Assembly (NCBI RefSeq): GCF_003334355.1
Contig: NZ_QOWP01000006.1
DNA from: Escherichia coli
GTDB lineage: Bacteria; Pseudomonadota; Gammaproteobacteria; Enterobacterales; Enterobacteriaceae
DNA length: 64,000 nucleotides
Reading direction: 5' to 3' (one strand)
Below, one piece after another: positions 1 through 9,846 of the stretch (the first letter of the stretch is position 1; every line of letters starts with the position of its first letter). The position numbers and the translations under genes were made by a program. The notes under the pieces were generated by a model, which was not told the DNA's origin, did no database searches, and was given only the letters and a program-made list of their open reading frames with translations.

Positions 1-1046
1 CGCCGATGTCGATTATTTCCGGCGTCGGGCGGGCGGCTGAGTTTGGCGTGCTGGTGCGGGACGCCGACGCGCTGCAACGCGCCAGTACACTCGATACCGT
101 CGTGTTCGATAAAACCGGGACGCTGACCGAAGGGAAGCCGCAGGTTGTCGCAGTGAAAACGTTTGCTGATGTTGATGAAGCGCAGGCATTGCGTCTGGCG
201 GCGGCACTGGAGCAAGGTTCCAGCCATCCGCTGGCACGGGCGATCCTCGATAAAGCAGGTGATATGCAGCTGCCGCAGGTCAACGGTTTCCGCACATTGC
301 GCGGGCTGGGCGTGAGCGGTGAAGCTGAAGGTCATGCGTTATTGCTGGGCAATCAGGCGTTGTTAAATGATCAGCAAGTCGATACTAAAGCGATTGAAGC
401 CGATATTTCAGCTCAGGCATCGCAAGGGGCAACGCCTGTGCTGCTGGCGGTTGACGGGAAAGCGGTAGCCCTGCTGGCAGTACGCGATCCGTTGCGTAGT
501 GATAGCGTGGCGGCGCTGCAACGCCTGCATAAAGCGGGATATCGTCTGGTGATGTTGACCGGGGATAACCCAACCACCGCCAATGCGATCGCCAAAGAAG
601 CCGGGATTGATGAGGTGATAGCCGGGGTGCTGCCGGACGGTAAAGCCGAAGCGATCAAACGTCTGCAAAGTGAAGGACGTCAGGTGGCAATGGTGGGCGA
701 CGGCATTAACGATGCGCCAGCGCTGGCCCAGGCAGATGTCGGCATTGCAATGGGCGGCGGCAGTGATGTTGCCATTGAAACCGCGGCGATTACCCTGATG
801 CGCCATAGCCTGATGGGCGTTGCGGATGCGCTCGCTATTTCCCGCGCAACGCTGCGCAACATGAAGCAGAACCTGCTCGGTGCCTTTATCTACAACAGCA
901 TCGGTATTCCGGTCGCCGCCGGTATTTTGTGGCCGTTTACTGGAACACTGCTTAACCCGGTAGTTGCCGGAGCGGCAATGGCGCTCTCGTCGATTACCGT
1001 AGTGAGTAACGCCAACCGGTTGCTGCGGTTTAAACCGAAGGAATAA
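1..1046 (+). CDS. copA: Copper-exporting P-type ATPase CopA, C-terminal part (5' end lies outside window)
   Basis: Frame is open to the window start; translation carries P-type ATPase hallmarks (DKTGTLT phosphorylation motif, [14 protein letters not shown] hinge); stop TAA at 1044..1046. Confidence 0.93.
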   Translation, partial: PMSIISGVGRAAEFGVLVRDADALQRASTLDTVVFDKTGTLTEGKPQVVAVKTFADVDEAQALRLAAALEQGSSHPLARAILDKAGDMQLPQVNGFRTLRGLGVSGEAEGHALLLGNQALLNDQQVDTKAIEADISAQASQGATPVLLAVDGKAVALLAVRDPLRSDSVAALQRLHKAGYRLVMLTGDNPTTANAIAKEAGIDEVIAGVLPDGKAEAIKRLQSEGRQVAMVGDGINDAPALAQADVGIAMGGGSDVAIETAAITLMRHSLMGVADALAISRATLRNMKQNLLGAFIYNSIGIPVAAGILWPFTGTLLNPVVAGAAMALSSITVVSNANRLLRFKPKE

Positions 1047-1099
1047 GTACGTCATTGCGGATGCGCTGCTTTAGGGCGGCGCATTTGGCATCGACGCAT

Positions 1100-1240
1100 G
1101 ACTGCCGGATGCGGCGTGAACGCCTTATCCGGCCTACGGTTCAGGCACAAGTTTGTAGGCCTGATAAGACGGGTAAGCGTCGCATCAGGCAATGGTGCTC
1201 GGATGCCGGATGCGGCGTGAACGCCTTATCCGGCCTACGA
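1100..1240. repeat. REP/BIME cluster: three REP palindromes (two near-identical direct copies GCCGGATGCGGCGTGAACGCCTTATCCGGCCTAC flanking an inverted copy)
   Basis: Direct inspection: the same ~35 nt GC-rich palindromic unit occurs at about 1104..1138 and 1205..1239 with an inverted variant at about 1155..1190, in the gap between convergent copA and ybaQ. Confidence 0.85.
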
Positions 1241-1260
1241 GATGAAGCGATGTTTTGGCC

Positions 1261-1602
1261 TTACGCGACCTTTTTTGCACGCTCTTCACGGCGTGCCAAA
1301 TATTCAGCCACTGTTTCAATCCGTCCCAATTCTTCCTGGGTGCGCAGGTTGTTTTCAACTTCCCAAAGATCAACCGCCGCCTGGAGGTTTAGCCAAAAAT
1401 CGACTGTGGTATCAAAAACTTTCGCCAGACGAAATGCCATCTCAGTAGTGAGTTTACGATTGTTATTGATCAGTGCACTGACGCTATTACGATGAACATG
1501 CAGCAACTCTGCTAACTCATTGATTTTCAAATCGAGCGGTTCCAGATATTCATAGAGAAGAATATCTCCGGGTGTCGTCGGTTTTCTTGTTGCCTGTTTC
1601 AT
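1261..1602 (-). CDS. ybaQ: HTH-type regulator YbaQ (XRE/HigA antitoxin-like, no adjacent toxin gene)
   Basis: ORF 1261..1656(-); start placed at internal Met (MKQATRKPTT...) giving 113 aa; helix-turn-helix region LKINELAELLHVHRNSVSALINN typical of the XRE/HigA family. Confidence 0.8.
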   Translation of the reverse strand: MKQATRKPTTPGDILLYEYLEPLDLKINELAELLHVHRNSVSALINNNRKLTTEMAFRLAKVFDTTVDFWLNLQAAVDLWEVENNLRTQEELGRIETVAEYLARREERAKKVA

Positions 1603-1739
1603 GGTTTTTAACTGTTGCTTCCTTGTGAATAGCGATGCAAGAACATACTGAATCATACAAACACATTAAACAAGTCTCCAACTCCATTTGCGCCATCCCT
1701 CACCGCGCGCTAGCATGATATTTCACAAAGGGAGGTCGT

Positions 1740-2534
1740 ATGGATCTGTTGTACCGGGTAAAAACGCTTTGGGCCGCGCTGCGCGGTAATCATTACACCT
1801 GGCCTGCCATCGATATCACCCTCCCCGGCAATCGCCATTTTCATCTGATTGGCAGTATTCATATGGGTAGCCACGATATGGCTCCCCTGCCCACCCGTTT
1901 GCTCAAAAAGCTCAAAAACGCCGATGCGCTGATCGTCGAGGCGGATGTTTCCACCAGCGATACGCCTTTTGCTAATTTGCCTGCCTGCGAGGCGCTGGAA
2001 GAGCGCATTAGCGAGGAGCAACTCCAAAACCTGCAGCACATTAGCCAGGAGATGGGCATTTCTCCCTCACTCTTTTCTACCCAACCGCTGTGGCAAATCG
2101 CGATGGTTCTTCAGGCGACGCAGGCACAAAAACTGGGGCTGCGGGCAGAATACGGTATCGATTACCAGCTATTGCAGGCGGCGAAGCAACAACATAAACC
2201 CGTGATTGAACTGGAAGGGGCTGAAAACCAGATTGCCATGTTGCTCCAGCTCCCTGACAAAGGACTGGCGCTGCTGGACGATACGCTGACCCACTGGCAT
2301 ACCAACGCACGGTTGCTGCAACAAATGATGAGCTGGTGGCTGAATGCACCGCCGCAAAATAATGATATAACGCTGCCCAATACGTTCAGTCAGTCGCTGT
2401 ACGATGTGCTGATGCATCAGCGAAATCTCGCCTGGCGGGATAAATTACGCGCCATGCCGCCGGGGCGATATGTGGTCGCGGTCGGTGCACTACACCTGTA
2501 TGGAGAAGGGAATTTGCCGCAAATGTTGCGCTAA
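1740..2534 (+). CDS. ybaP: TraB/GumN-family protein YbaP
   Basis: ORF 1740..2534(+), 264 aa; preceded by GGAGG SD (aagggaggtcgtATG); protein recognised as E. coli YbaP. Confidence 0.85.
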   Translation: MDLLYRVKTLWAALRGNHYTWPAIDITLPGNRHFHLIGSIHMGSHDMAPLPTRLLKKLKNADALIVEADVSTSDTPFANLPACEALEERISEEQLQNLQHISQEMGISPSLFSTQPLWQIAMVLQATQAQKLGLRAEYGIDYQLLQAAKQQHKPVIELEGAENQIAMLLQLPDKGLALLDDTLTHWHTNARLLQQMMSWWLNAPPQNNDITLPNTFSQSLYDVLMHQRNLAWRDKLRAMPPGRYVVAVGALHLYGEGNLPQMLR

Positions 2535-2617
2535 AAAAATGGCCAATATCGCTATTGGCCCGTCAAAGAGGAATTTCATTTTTTTATTATTATGCCGTCA
2601 CTTTAAGCGACGGTGTA
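2535..2617 (-). ncRNA. chiX: Hfq-dependent small RNA ChiX (MicM/SroB)
   Basis: Minus-strand sequence ACACCGTCGCTTAAAGTGACGGCATAATAATAAAAAAATGAAATTCCTCTTTGACGGGCCAATAGCGATATTGGCCATTTTTTT: 5' stem-loop, AU-rich single-stranded stretch, then GC hairpin plus U-run terminator; lies in the ybaP-ybaK gap; not in the ORF track. Confidence 0.85.
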
Positions 2618-2722
2618 ACTCGATTGTCGCTCAATCTCACCATCCTGCCAATACTCTTAGGCAAGATGACTCTTTTTTTTGGACCGCCATCAGGCGTATG
2701 CTTGCTTCGTTTTTTTGTTTAA

Positions 2723-3217
<495 letters not shown>

Positions 3218-3222
3218 GCATT

Positions 3223-3249
3223 GTGCCGGATGCAAACATCCGGCACTTT
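3223..3249. terminator. Bidirectional hairpin terminator between convergent ybaK and ushA
   Basis: Perfect inverted repeat GTGCCGGATG-CAAA-CATCCGGCAC followed by TTT, between the ybaK stop (3217) and ushA stop (3254). Confidence 0.7.
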
Positions 3250-3253
3250 CGGA

Positions 3254-4906
3254 TTACTGCCAGCTCACCTCACCTTTCGGTTCATAAACACTCACATCCA
3301 GCGGCGAGCTTTTCTGGATATACGCTTTCAGCACTTCGGCATCAATAAAGCCGGTATTCACATAGCCCGGTTTGTTATCAAGGCGCGGATATCCATCACC
3401 GCCGGTGGCATTGAAGTTTAATGTCGCCATACGGTAAGTTTTCGCCGGATCGACCGGTTCGCCTTTGATTTTAAGGTCGTTCAGTTTGCCGTCTTTCGCC
3501 ACAAAGCTAACGTTGGCAAATTGCGGGTAGGCACCTGAATCTGGCTTCATCTGCGCGACGGCGGTCAGGTAATCAATCACCTCTTTACCGGTCATGTCGG
3601 CATACACCACCACATTGCCGAATGGCTGCACTTTCAGCACGTTTTTATAGCTGATATCGCCTGCTTCGATAGAATCACGAATTCCGCCTCCGCTCATCAC
3701 CGCAAAGTCGGCACCAGTGCGATCCATTTGGGCTGCCAGAATCAACCGCCCCATATTGGTCTGTACAAAACGCACTTTGTCACGATCGCCTTCCAGACGA
3801 CCATTGGTTTCGCCTATTTTCACTTCCAGCTGCGCTTTGCCTTTGTTCTGGAACGGTGATAACAGCGAGATCATTTGCTGGTTTTCAGCGATTTCAGGAG
3901 TGTAAAGCACGCGCTCGCTTTTCCCGTCTTCCCAGGTCACTTTCTTCTTCAGGTTCACCGGAATCAGCTGGTAGTTAACCATTTTCATTTCGCCATTACG
4001 AAACTCAAAATCAGCCCGTCCCACGTATTTGCCCCACTCATGCGCCTGCACAATCCAGATGCCGTTTTGTTGATCTGGTTTGCATGGCGTACCCGGCACG
4101 TAATCGACCTGTTTTTTGTTTTCTGCCGCCATGCAGACCGGATCTTGCGAGTGACCACCGACGATCATCGCCAGCGATCCGGCAGGCAGCGCGCGTGCCA
4201 TCTCCACATCGCCCGGTGCGTTAGAGCCGTGCTCACCATTATCGTAATGCCCCATATGGGTCGCCGCGATAATAATGTCTGGCTTTTCTGTCTGTTGCAG
4301 CTCCTGAATCACCAGCTTCGCTTCATCGGCGGGCTTACGAAATTCGATATCAGTGAAGTATTCCGGGTTACCAATTTTTGCTGTGTCATCGGTTGTCAGC
4401 CCAATAACGGCAATTTTCAGATCCTGACGCTTAAACAGCGCCCACGGTTTAAACAGGCGCTCGCCAGTACTTTTCTGGTAGATATTCGCGGAAAGCAACG
4501 GGAACTTGGCCCACTTTTCCTGCTGGCGTAATACGGTGAGCGGATTATCAAATTCATGATTACCGATCGCCATCGCGTCATAGCCCACCAGATTCATACC
4601 GCGAAAATCAGGTTCGGCATCCTGTAAGTCAGACTCGGGCACGCCAGTGTTAATGTCGCCACCGGAAAGTAGCAGCACGCTACCGCCTTCAGCCGCAACC
4701 TCTTTGCGGATACCATCCACCAGCGTTTTTTGCGCCGCCAGACCATATTCGCCATATTCATTGCGCCAAAAATGCCCATGATGATCATTGGTATGCAGAA
4801 CTGTAATTTTGTAGGTTTTATCCTGCTCATACGCCAGAGCAGTTTCACTCGCCAGTGTAAATGTGGTTAACAGCGCTAACGCCACGCCCCGCTGCAATAA
4901 TTTCAT
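3254..4906 (-). CDS. ushA: Periplasmic 5'-nucleotidase / UDP-sugar hydrolase UshA
   Basis: ORF 3254..4906(-), 550 aa; N-terminal signal peptide (MKLLQRGVALALLTTFTLASETALA); calcineurin-like metallophosphatase motifs (DHHGH, GNHEFD). Confidence 0.93.
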   Translation of the reverse strand: MKLLQRGVALALLTTFTLASETALAYEQDKTYKITVLHTNDHHGHFWRNEYGEYGLAAQKTLVDGIRKEVAAEGGSVLLLSGGDINTGVPESDLQDAEPDFRGMNLVGYDAMAIGNHEFDNPLTVLRQQEKWAKFPLLSANIYQKSTGERLFKPWALFKRQDLKIAVIGLTTDDTAKIGNPEYFTDIEFRKPADEAKLVIQELQQTEKPDIIIAATHMGHYDNGEHGSNAPGDVEMARALPAGSLAMIVGGHSQDPVCMAAENKKQVDYVPGTPCKPDQQNGIWIVQAHEWGKYVGRADFEFRNGEMKMVNYQLIPVNLKKKVTWEDGKSERVLYTPEIAENQQMISLLSPFQNKGKAQLEVKIGETNGRLEGDRDKVRFVQTNMGRLILAAQMDRTGADFAVMSGGGIRDSIEAGDISYKNVLKVQPFGNVVVYADMTGKEVIDYLTAVAQMKPDSGAYPQFANVSFVAKDGKLNDLKIKGEPVDPAKTYRMATLNFNATGGDGYPRLDNKPGYVNTGFIDAEVLKAYIQKSSPLDVSVYEPKGEVSWQ

Positions 4907-5123
4907 ACTTCTCTCCCTGACCTGATTTCAACGTGTTGAAAAATAGTATGACGCGACATCATAGACAAGTCTGCGTCCGGTGAAGATAAATCTGCATCCA
5001 GATTAGAAATTCTGTATTCGGCGTTGAGACTTCCTTCAGACGACGCATACAGGTATGTTAGTCTGGTAATAATCACAAATAAGATCATTCTTTACATCGC
5101 AACCCTGAAAAAGTGACTTTCCT

Positions 5124-6344
5124 ATGGCAATGAGTGAACAACCCCAGCCTGTGGCGGGCGCGGCTGCGTCAACGACCAAGGCCCGAACATCGTTTGGTAT
5201 TTTAGGTGCTATCAGCCTCTCACATCTGCTGAACGACATGATCCAATCGCTGATTCTGGCGATTTATCCGCTGCTTCAGTCAGAATTTTCTCTGACATTT
5301 ATGCAGATTGGCATGATAACCCTCACCTTCCAGCTCGCCTCTTCGCTACTGCAACCAGTGGTCGGCTACTGGACCGATAAATATCCGATGCCATGGTCGT
5401 TGCCAATTGGCATGTGCTTTACCTTAAGCGGTCTGGTGCTGCTTGCGCTGGCGGGCAGTTTTGGCGCAGTTCTGCTGGCGGCGGCGCTGGTCGGTACCGG
5501 TTCATCGGTCTTTCATCCGGAATCTTCTCGCGTGGCCCGTATGGCTTCCGGCGGGCGGCATGGCCTGGCGCAATCTATCTTTCAGGTCGGCGGCAACTTT
5601 GGCAGTTCCCTGGGACCCTTGCTGGCGGCGGTGATTATCGCGCCTTATGGCAAAGGCAACGTTGCCTGGTTTGTGCTTGCGGCACTGCTGGCGATCGTGG
5701 TGTTGGCGCAAATCAGCCGTTGGTACTCGGCACAGCACCGAATGAATAAAGGAAAACCCAAAGCGACGATTATCAATCCACTGCCGCGCAATAAAGTTGT
5801 ACTGGCGGTCAGCATTCTGTTAATCCTCATTTTCTCGAAATATTTCTATATGGCGAGCATCAGCAGCTATTACACCTTTTATCTGATGCAAAAATTCGGA
5901 TTATCTATCCAGAATGCTCAGCTTCATCTGTTTGCCTTCCTGTTTGCCGTTGCGGCAGGTACGGTGATCGGCGGGCCTGTAGGGGATAAAATTGGGCGGA
6001 AATATGTGATTTGGGGCTCTATCCTCGGCGTTGCGCCGTTTACGCTGATTTTACCCTACGCCAGCCTGCACTGGACGGGGGTTTTAACGGTGATTATTGG
6101 ATTTATCCTCGCTTCGGCATTCTCTGCCATTCTGGTCTACGCTCAGGAGCTGCTTCCAGGACGTATCGGTATGGTTTCTGGACTCTTTTTCGGTTTTGCT
6201 TTTGGCATGGGAGGTCTGGGAGCGGCAGTTCTGGGGCTTATCGCCGATCACACCAGCATCGAGTTAGTCTATAAAATCTGTGCTTTCCTGCCACTATTGG
6301 GGATGTTGACCATATTCCTGCCTGATAACCGGCATAAAGACTGA
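5124..6344 (+). CDS. fsr: Fosmidomycin-resistance MFS transporter Fsr
   Basis: ORF 5124..6344(+), 406 aa; hydrophobic multi-span MFS-like profile; recognised as Fsr. Confidence 0.88.
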   Translation: MAMSEQPQPVAGAAASTTKARTSFGILGAISLSHLLNDMIQSLILAIYPLLQSEFSLTFMQIGMITLTFQLASSLLQPVVGYWTDKYPMPWSLPIGMCFTLSGLVLLALAGSFGAVLLAAALVGTGSSVFHPESSRVARMASGGRHGLAQSIFQVGGNFGSSLGPLLAAVIIAPYGKGNVAWFVLAALLAIVVLAQISRWYSAQHRMNKGKPKATIINPLPRNKVVLAVSILLILIFSKYFYMASISSYYTFYLMQKFGLSIQNAQLHLFAFLFAVAAGTVIGGPVGDKIGRKYVIWGSILGVAPFTLILPYASLHWTGVLTVIIGFILASAFSAILVYAQELLPGRIGMVSGLFFGFAFGMGGLGAAVLGLIADHTSIELVYKICAFLPLLGMLTIFLPDNRHKD

Positions 6345-6581
6345 TTTCATTGCAGCCAAAGGCAAACTTTGGCTGCATCGTTTTACAGTCGCCATAAGCC
6401 TTTCCTCTGTTAAACCGCCTTCTGTTTTCCGATCCGTGCTTTTTTTGCAGCTAATTCCATTTTTCTGCAAAATTCAATAATTATTCATGAACATCATCAA
6501 TGAAATTGTCATAAACTATTACCTGTAATTTTGGTTTTCCCGGCCAAAAATGGACAATAACCACCAGGAAAAGGAGACGGA

Positions 6582-8258
6582 ATGCATCACGCCACCCCGC
6601 TTATCACCACCATTGTTGGCGGCCTTGTGCTCGCCTTTATCCTCGGCATGCTGGCCAATAAACTACGTATTTCTCCTCTGGTGGGATATCTGTTAGCGGG
6701 TGTGCTGGCAGGACCATTCACTCCGGGCTTTGTTGCCGATACCAAGCTTGCCCCGGAACTGGCTGAACTGGGCGTCATTCTGTTGATGTTTGGCGTCGGT
6801 TTGCACTTTTCGCTGAAGGATTTGATGGCGGTAAAGGCCATCGCCATTCCCGGTGCGATCGCCCAGATAGCCGTGGCGACGCTGCTGGGTATGGCGCTCT
6901 CTGCCGTGCTGGGCTGGTCGTTAATGACCGGTATCGTGTTCGGTTTATGTCTTTCCACCGCCAGTACCGTGGTGTTACTGCGCGCACTTGAAGAACGGCA
7001 ATTAATTGACAGTCAGCGTGGGCAAATCGCCATCGGTTGGTTGATTGTGGAAGACCTGGTAATGGTTCTGACGCTGGTGTTGCTGCCCGCAGTGGCAGGA
7101 ATGATGGAACAGGGCGATGTGGGCTTTGCCACTCTTGCAGTCGATATGGGGATCACCATCGGCAAAGTGATCGCATTTATCGCCATTATGATGCTGGTAG
7201 GTCGCCGTCTGGTGCCGTGGATTATGGCACGCAGCGCGGCAACCGGTTCTCGCGAGCTGTTTACCCTGTCGGTGCTGGCGCTGGCGTTAGGGGTTGCCTT
7301 TGGTGCGGTAGAGCTGTTTGATGTCTCCTTTGCACTCGGTGCGTTCTTTGCCGGGATGGTACTGAACGAGTCTGAACTGAGTCACCGTGCCGCCCACGAT
7401 ACGCTGCCATTGCGCGACGCGTTTGCGGTGCTGTTTTTTGTCTCCGTCGGGATGTTGTTTGATCCGTTAATTCTGATTCAGCAACCGCTGGCAGTGCTGG
7501 CGACGCTGGCGATTATTCTGTTTGGTAAGTCGTTAGCCGCATTTTTCCTGGTGCGACTGTTTGGTCACTCCCAACGTACGGCATTAACCATCGCCGCCAG
7601 CCTGGCGCAGATTGGTGAGTTCGCGTTTATCCTGGCGGGACTGGGAATGGCATTGAATTTACTGCCGCAGGCCGGACAAAACCTGGTACTGGCAGGGGCG
7701 ATCCTGTCGATTATGCTCAACCCGGTACTGTTCGCACTACTGGAGAAATATCTGGCGAAGACCGAAACGCTGGAAGAGCAGACGCTGGAAGAGGCAATCG
7801 AAGAAGAGAAGCAGATCCCAGTGGATATTTGCAACCATGCGCTACTGGTGGGTTACGGTCGTGTAGGCAGCCTGCTGGGGGAGAAATTGCTCGCCTCTGA
7901 TATTCCGCTGGTGGTGATTGAGACGTCACGAACCCGTGTTGATGAGCTGCGAGAGCGCGGGGTCCGCGCAGTATTGGGCAATGCGGCGAACGAAGAAATT
8001 ATGCAACTGGCGCATCTGGAATGTGCAAAATGGCTGATCCTGACGATTCCCAACGGTTATGAAGCGGGTGAGATTGTGGCATCTGCCCGCGCGAAAAATC
8101 CGGATATTGAGATTATTGCCCGCGCCCATTATGACGATGAAGTGGCGTATATCACCGAACGTGGTGCGAATCAGGTAGTGATGGGCGAGCGTGAAATCGC
8201 CCGTACCATGCTGGAACTGCTGGAAACGCCACCGGCGGGTGAGGTGGTGACGGGGTAA
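6582..8258 (+). CDS. ybaL: CPA2-family cation:proton antiporter YbaL (Kef-type with C-terminal RCK/TrkA-N domain)
   Basis: ORF 6582..8258(+), 558 aa; membrane domain followed by Rossmann motif LLVGYGRVGSLLG typical of Kef/RCK. Confidence 0.9.
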   Translation: MHHATPLITTIVGGLVLAFILGMLANKLRISPLVGYLLAGVLAGPFTPGFVADTKLAPELAELGVILLMFGVGLHFSLKDLMAVKAIAIPGAIAQIAVATLLGMALSAVLGWSLMTGIVFGLCLSTASTVVLLRALEERQLIDSQRGQIAIGWLIVEDLVMVLTLVLLPAVAGMMEQGDVGFATLAVDMGITIGKVIAFIAIMMLVGRRLVPWIMARSAATGSRELFTLSVLALALGVAFGAVELFDVSFALGAFFAGMVLNESELSHRAAHDTLPLRDAFAVLFFVSVGMLFDPLILIQQPLAVLATLAIILFGKSLAAFFLVRLFGHSQRTALTIAASLAQIGEFAFILAGLGMALNLLPQAGQNLVLAGAILSIMLNPVLFALLEKYLAKTETLEEQTLEEAIEEEKQIPVDICNHALLVGYGRVGSLLGEKLLASDIPLVVIETSRTRVDELRERGVRAVLGNAANEEIMQLAHLECAKWLILTIPNGYEAGEIVASARAKNPDIEIIARAHYDDEVAYITERGANQVVMGEREIARTMLELLETPPAGEVVTG

Positions 8259-8289
8259 ACGGTGGTTGCCGGATGTAAAATATGAAAAA

Positions 8290-8380
8290 TATGTAGGCAT
8301 GATAAGACGCGCCAGCGTCGCATCAGGCATCGAGAGCCAAATGCCAGATGCGGCGTGAACGCCTTATCTGGCCTACGAAC
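8290..8380. repeat. REP/BIME cluster (two inverted REP units)
   Basis: GTAGGCATGATAAGACGCGCCAGCGTCGCATCAGGCA and TGCCAGATGCGGCGTGAACGCCTTATCTGGCCTAC between convergent ybaL and gsk. Confidence 0.85.
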
Positions 8381-8390
8381 CGACGATAAC

Positions 8391-9695
8391 TTAACGATCC
8401 CAGTAAGACTCTTCCAGGCTGTCTTCACGCTCCGGCAAGCCGCGCGTTAAACGAGGTGAATGCTGGTTCAGTACCTGATAGCTCACACGGTTAGCATATT
8501 TACACACCTGCGCTAACGATGAATAAGTTAACCAGGTGAATTTATGTTTGCTGGAGTTTGGTACGTTGCTACGATGGTAGCTGTTGGCGGTAATGTCATG
8601 CAGCAACGCTGCCAATGCGCCATCCCCCGCTCCATTAGTGTTCATGATTTTTTCCGGCCCGCCCATGTACGGCGCAATGTGCGAATATACACGCAGCGGA
8701 TTCTGGCAATCCTTGTGGCGCATGGCGCGGCTAAACTCATACTGGTTGAATTCCGCTATAGCGCCCGGCAGCAGCGGATGCTGGGTTTTACGTTTCGCTT
8801 CGTCTTCGGTAAAGCCCGCCATATACAAGCCGATTGGCCCGGCGGTGCACAGCACCAGATCTACCCAGTCCAGCGCCTTGTCAGATGCCAACAACGGATC
8901 GCTTTCTCCGGTCAACGCTTCGGCTTCATCTTCGTTCATCGCAAGGATAGAGACGTGGTCTTTGAGGAATTGCTGCCACCACTGCGGATTCTCGGCAATG
9001 ACAAACTTAGTTCCCAGCGTCAGCACCACCGGTACGTTATATTTCTTCGCGTACTCAATGGCTTTCATGGTTGCTTCCGGCATGGGTTCACCCGGCTTGC
9101 AACGCACCAGATAAGAGGTGAGAACCAGTGCCGAGGCTCCGGCAATCACATCTTCCGGAATACTTTCAGCCCGCAGCTGGTTCATGTGGCCAGGGCTGAT
9201 AGCAAAGGTACGTTCCCCGGACTCGCCAATCAGCGTAAAGCAACGACCAATCGGACCATCCACGCCTTGTAGATAGTTAAGATCGGTACGGCTGGAGGTG
9301 TTACACAGGTAACGATAGGCATAGCTGCCAATTTCAATATTGCTGCACATGACGCCCAGCAGCACCGAACGGTCGTCCGCGAGCACCGAGTAGTTGTGCA
9401 TGGTGTTACCAATAGTGCCACCCGCAAACTGATGGGTAATCAGGTTTTTCTGTTTTAGTTCCTGATAAAGCGCTTCGGCTACGTCATCCTCAATCACCAG
9501 TGAATGCCCGACGCTTAATCCATAACGCTCAATGAATTCGTCATCCACTTTCGCTTCAATATCGACCAGCGTTTGATCGATACCCACTACCCAGGCGGCG
9601 CTGGTTTCGTTTTCTGGCTGGAACTGCTGAAGCAGCGGATCGCGTGCATTTACAGGGAAGTAATGTTTGGATTTACGTTTACCGGGAAATTTCAT
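8391..9695 (-). CDS. gsk: Inosine-guanosine kinase
   Basis: ORF 8391..9695(-), 434 aa; pfkB-family sugar/nucleoside kinase features; recognised as Gsk. Confidence 0.92.
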   Translation of the reverse strand: MKFPGKRKSKHYFPVNARDPLLQQFQPENETSAAWVVGIDQTLVDIEAKVDDEFIERYGLSVGHSLVIEDDVAEALYQELKQKNLITHQFAGGTIGNTMHNYSVLADDRSVLLGVMCSNIEIGSYAYRYLCNTSSRTDLNYLQGVDGPIGRCFTLIGESGERTFAISPGHMNQLRAESIPEDVIAGASALVLTSYLVRCKPGEPMPEATMKAIEYAKKYNVPVVLTLGTKFVIAENPQWWQQFLKDHVSILAMNEDEAEALTGESDPLLASDKALDWVDLVLCTAGPIGLYMAGFTEDEAKRKTQHPLLPGAIAEFNQYEFSRAMRHKDCQNPLRVYSHIAPYMGGPEKIMNTNGAGDGALAALLHDITANSYHRSNVPNSSKHKFTWLTYSSLAQVCKYANRVSYQVLNQHSPRLTRGLPEREDSLEESYWDR

Positions 9696-9846
9696 GGTTG
9701 TTTTTACGGGTGGTTAACTGAGCGGCGAATGTTAACACAATCTGACGGGAGCGCGCGAGACGCAGCCAGTTTCAATATCAGCAGGCGGGATCGCATTTTC
9801 ATGGCAGTGGTTCCTTACAATGACGTAATTTGAAAGGAGTTTTTGT

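Noticed and set aside
1055-1495. 146 aa ORF on + strand
   Set aside because: Runs through the REP palindromes and antisense to ybaQ; composition dictated by GC-rich repeats.
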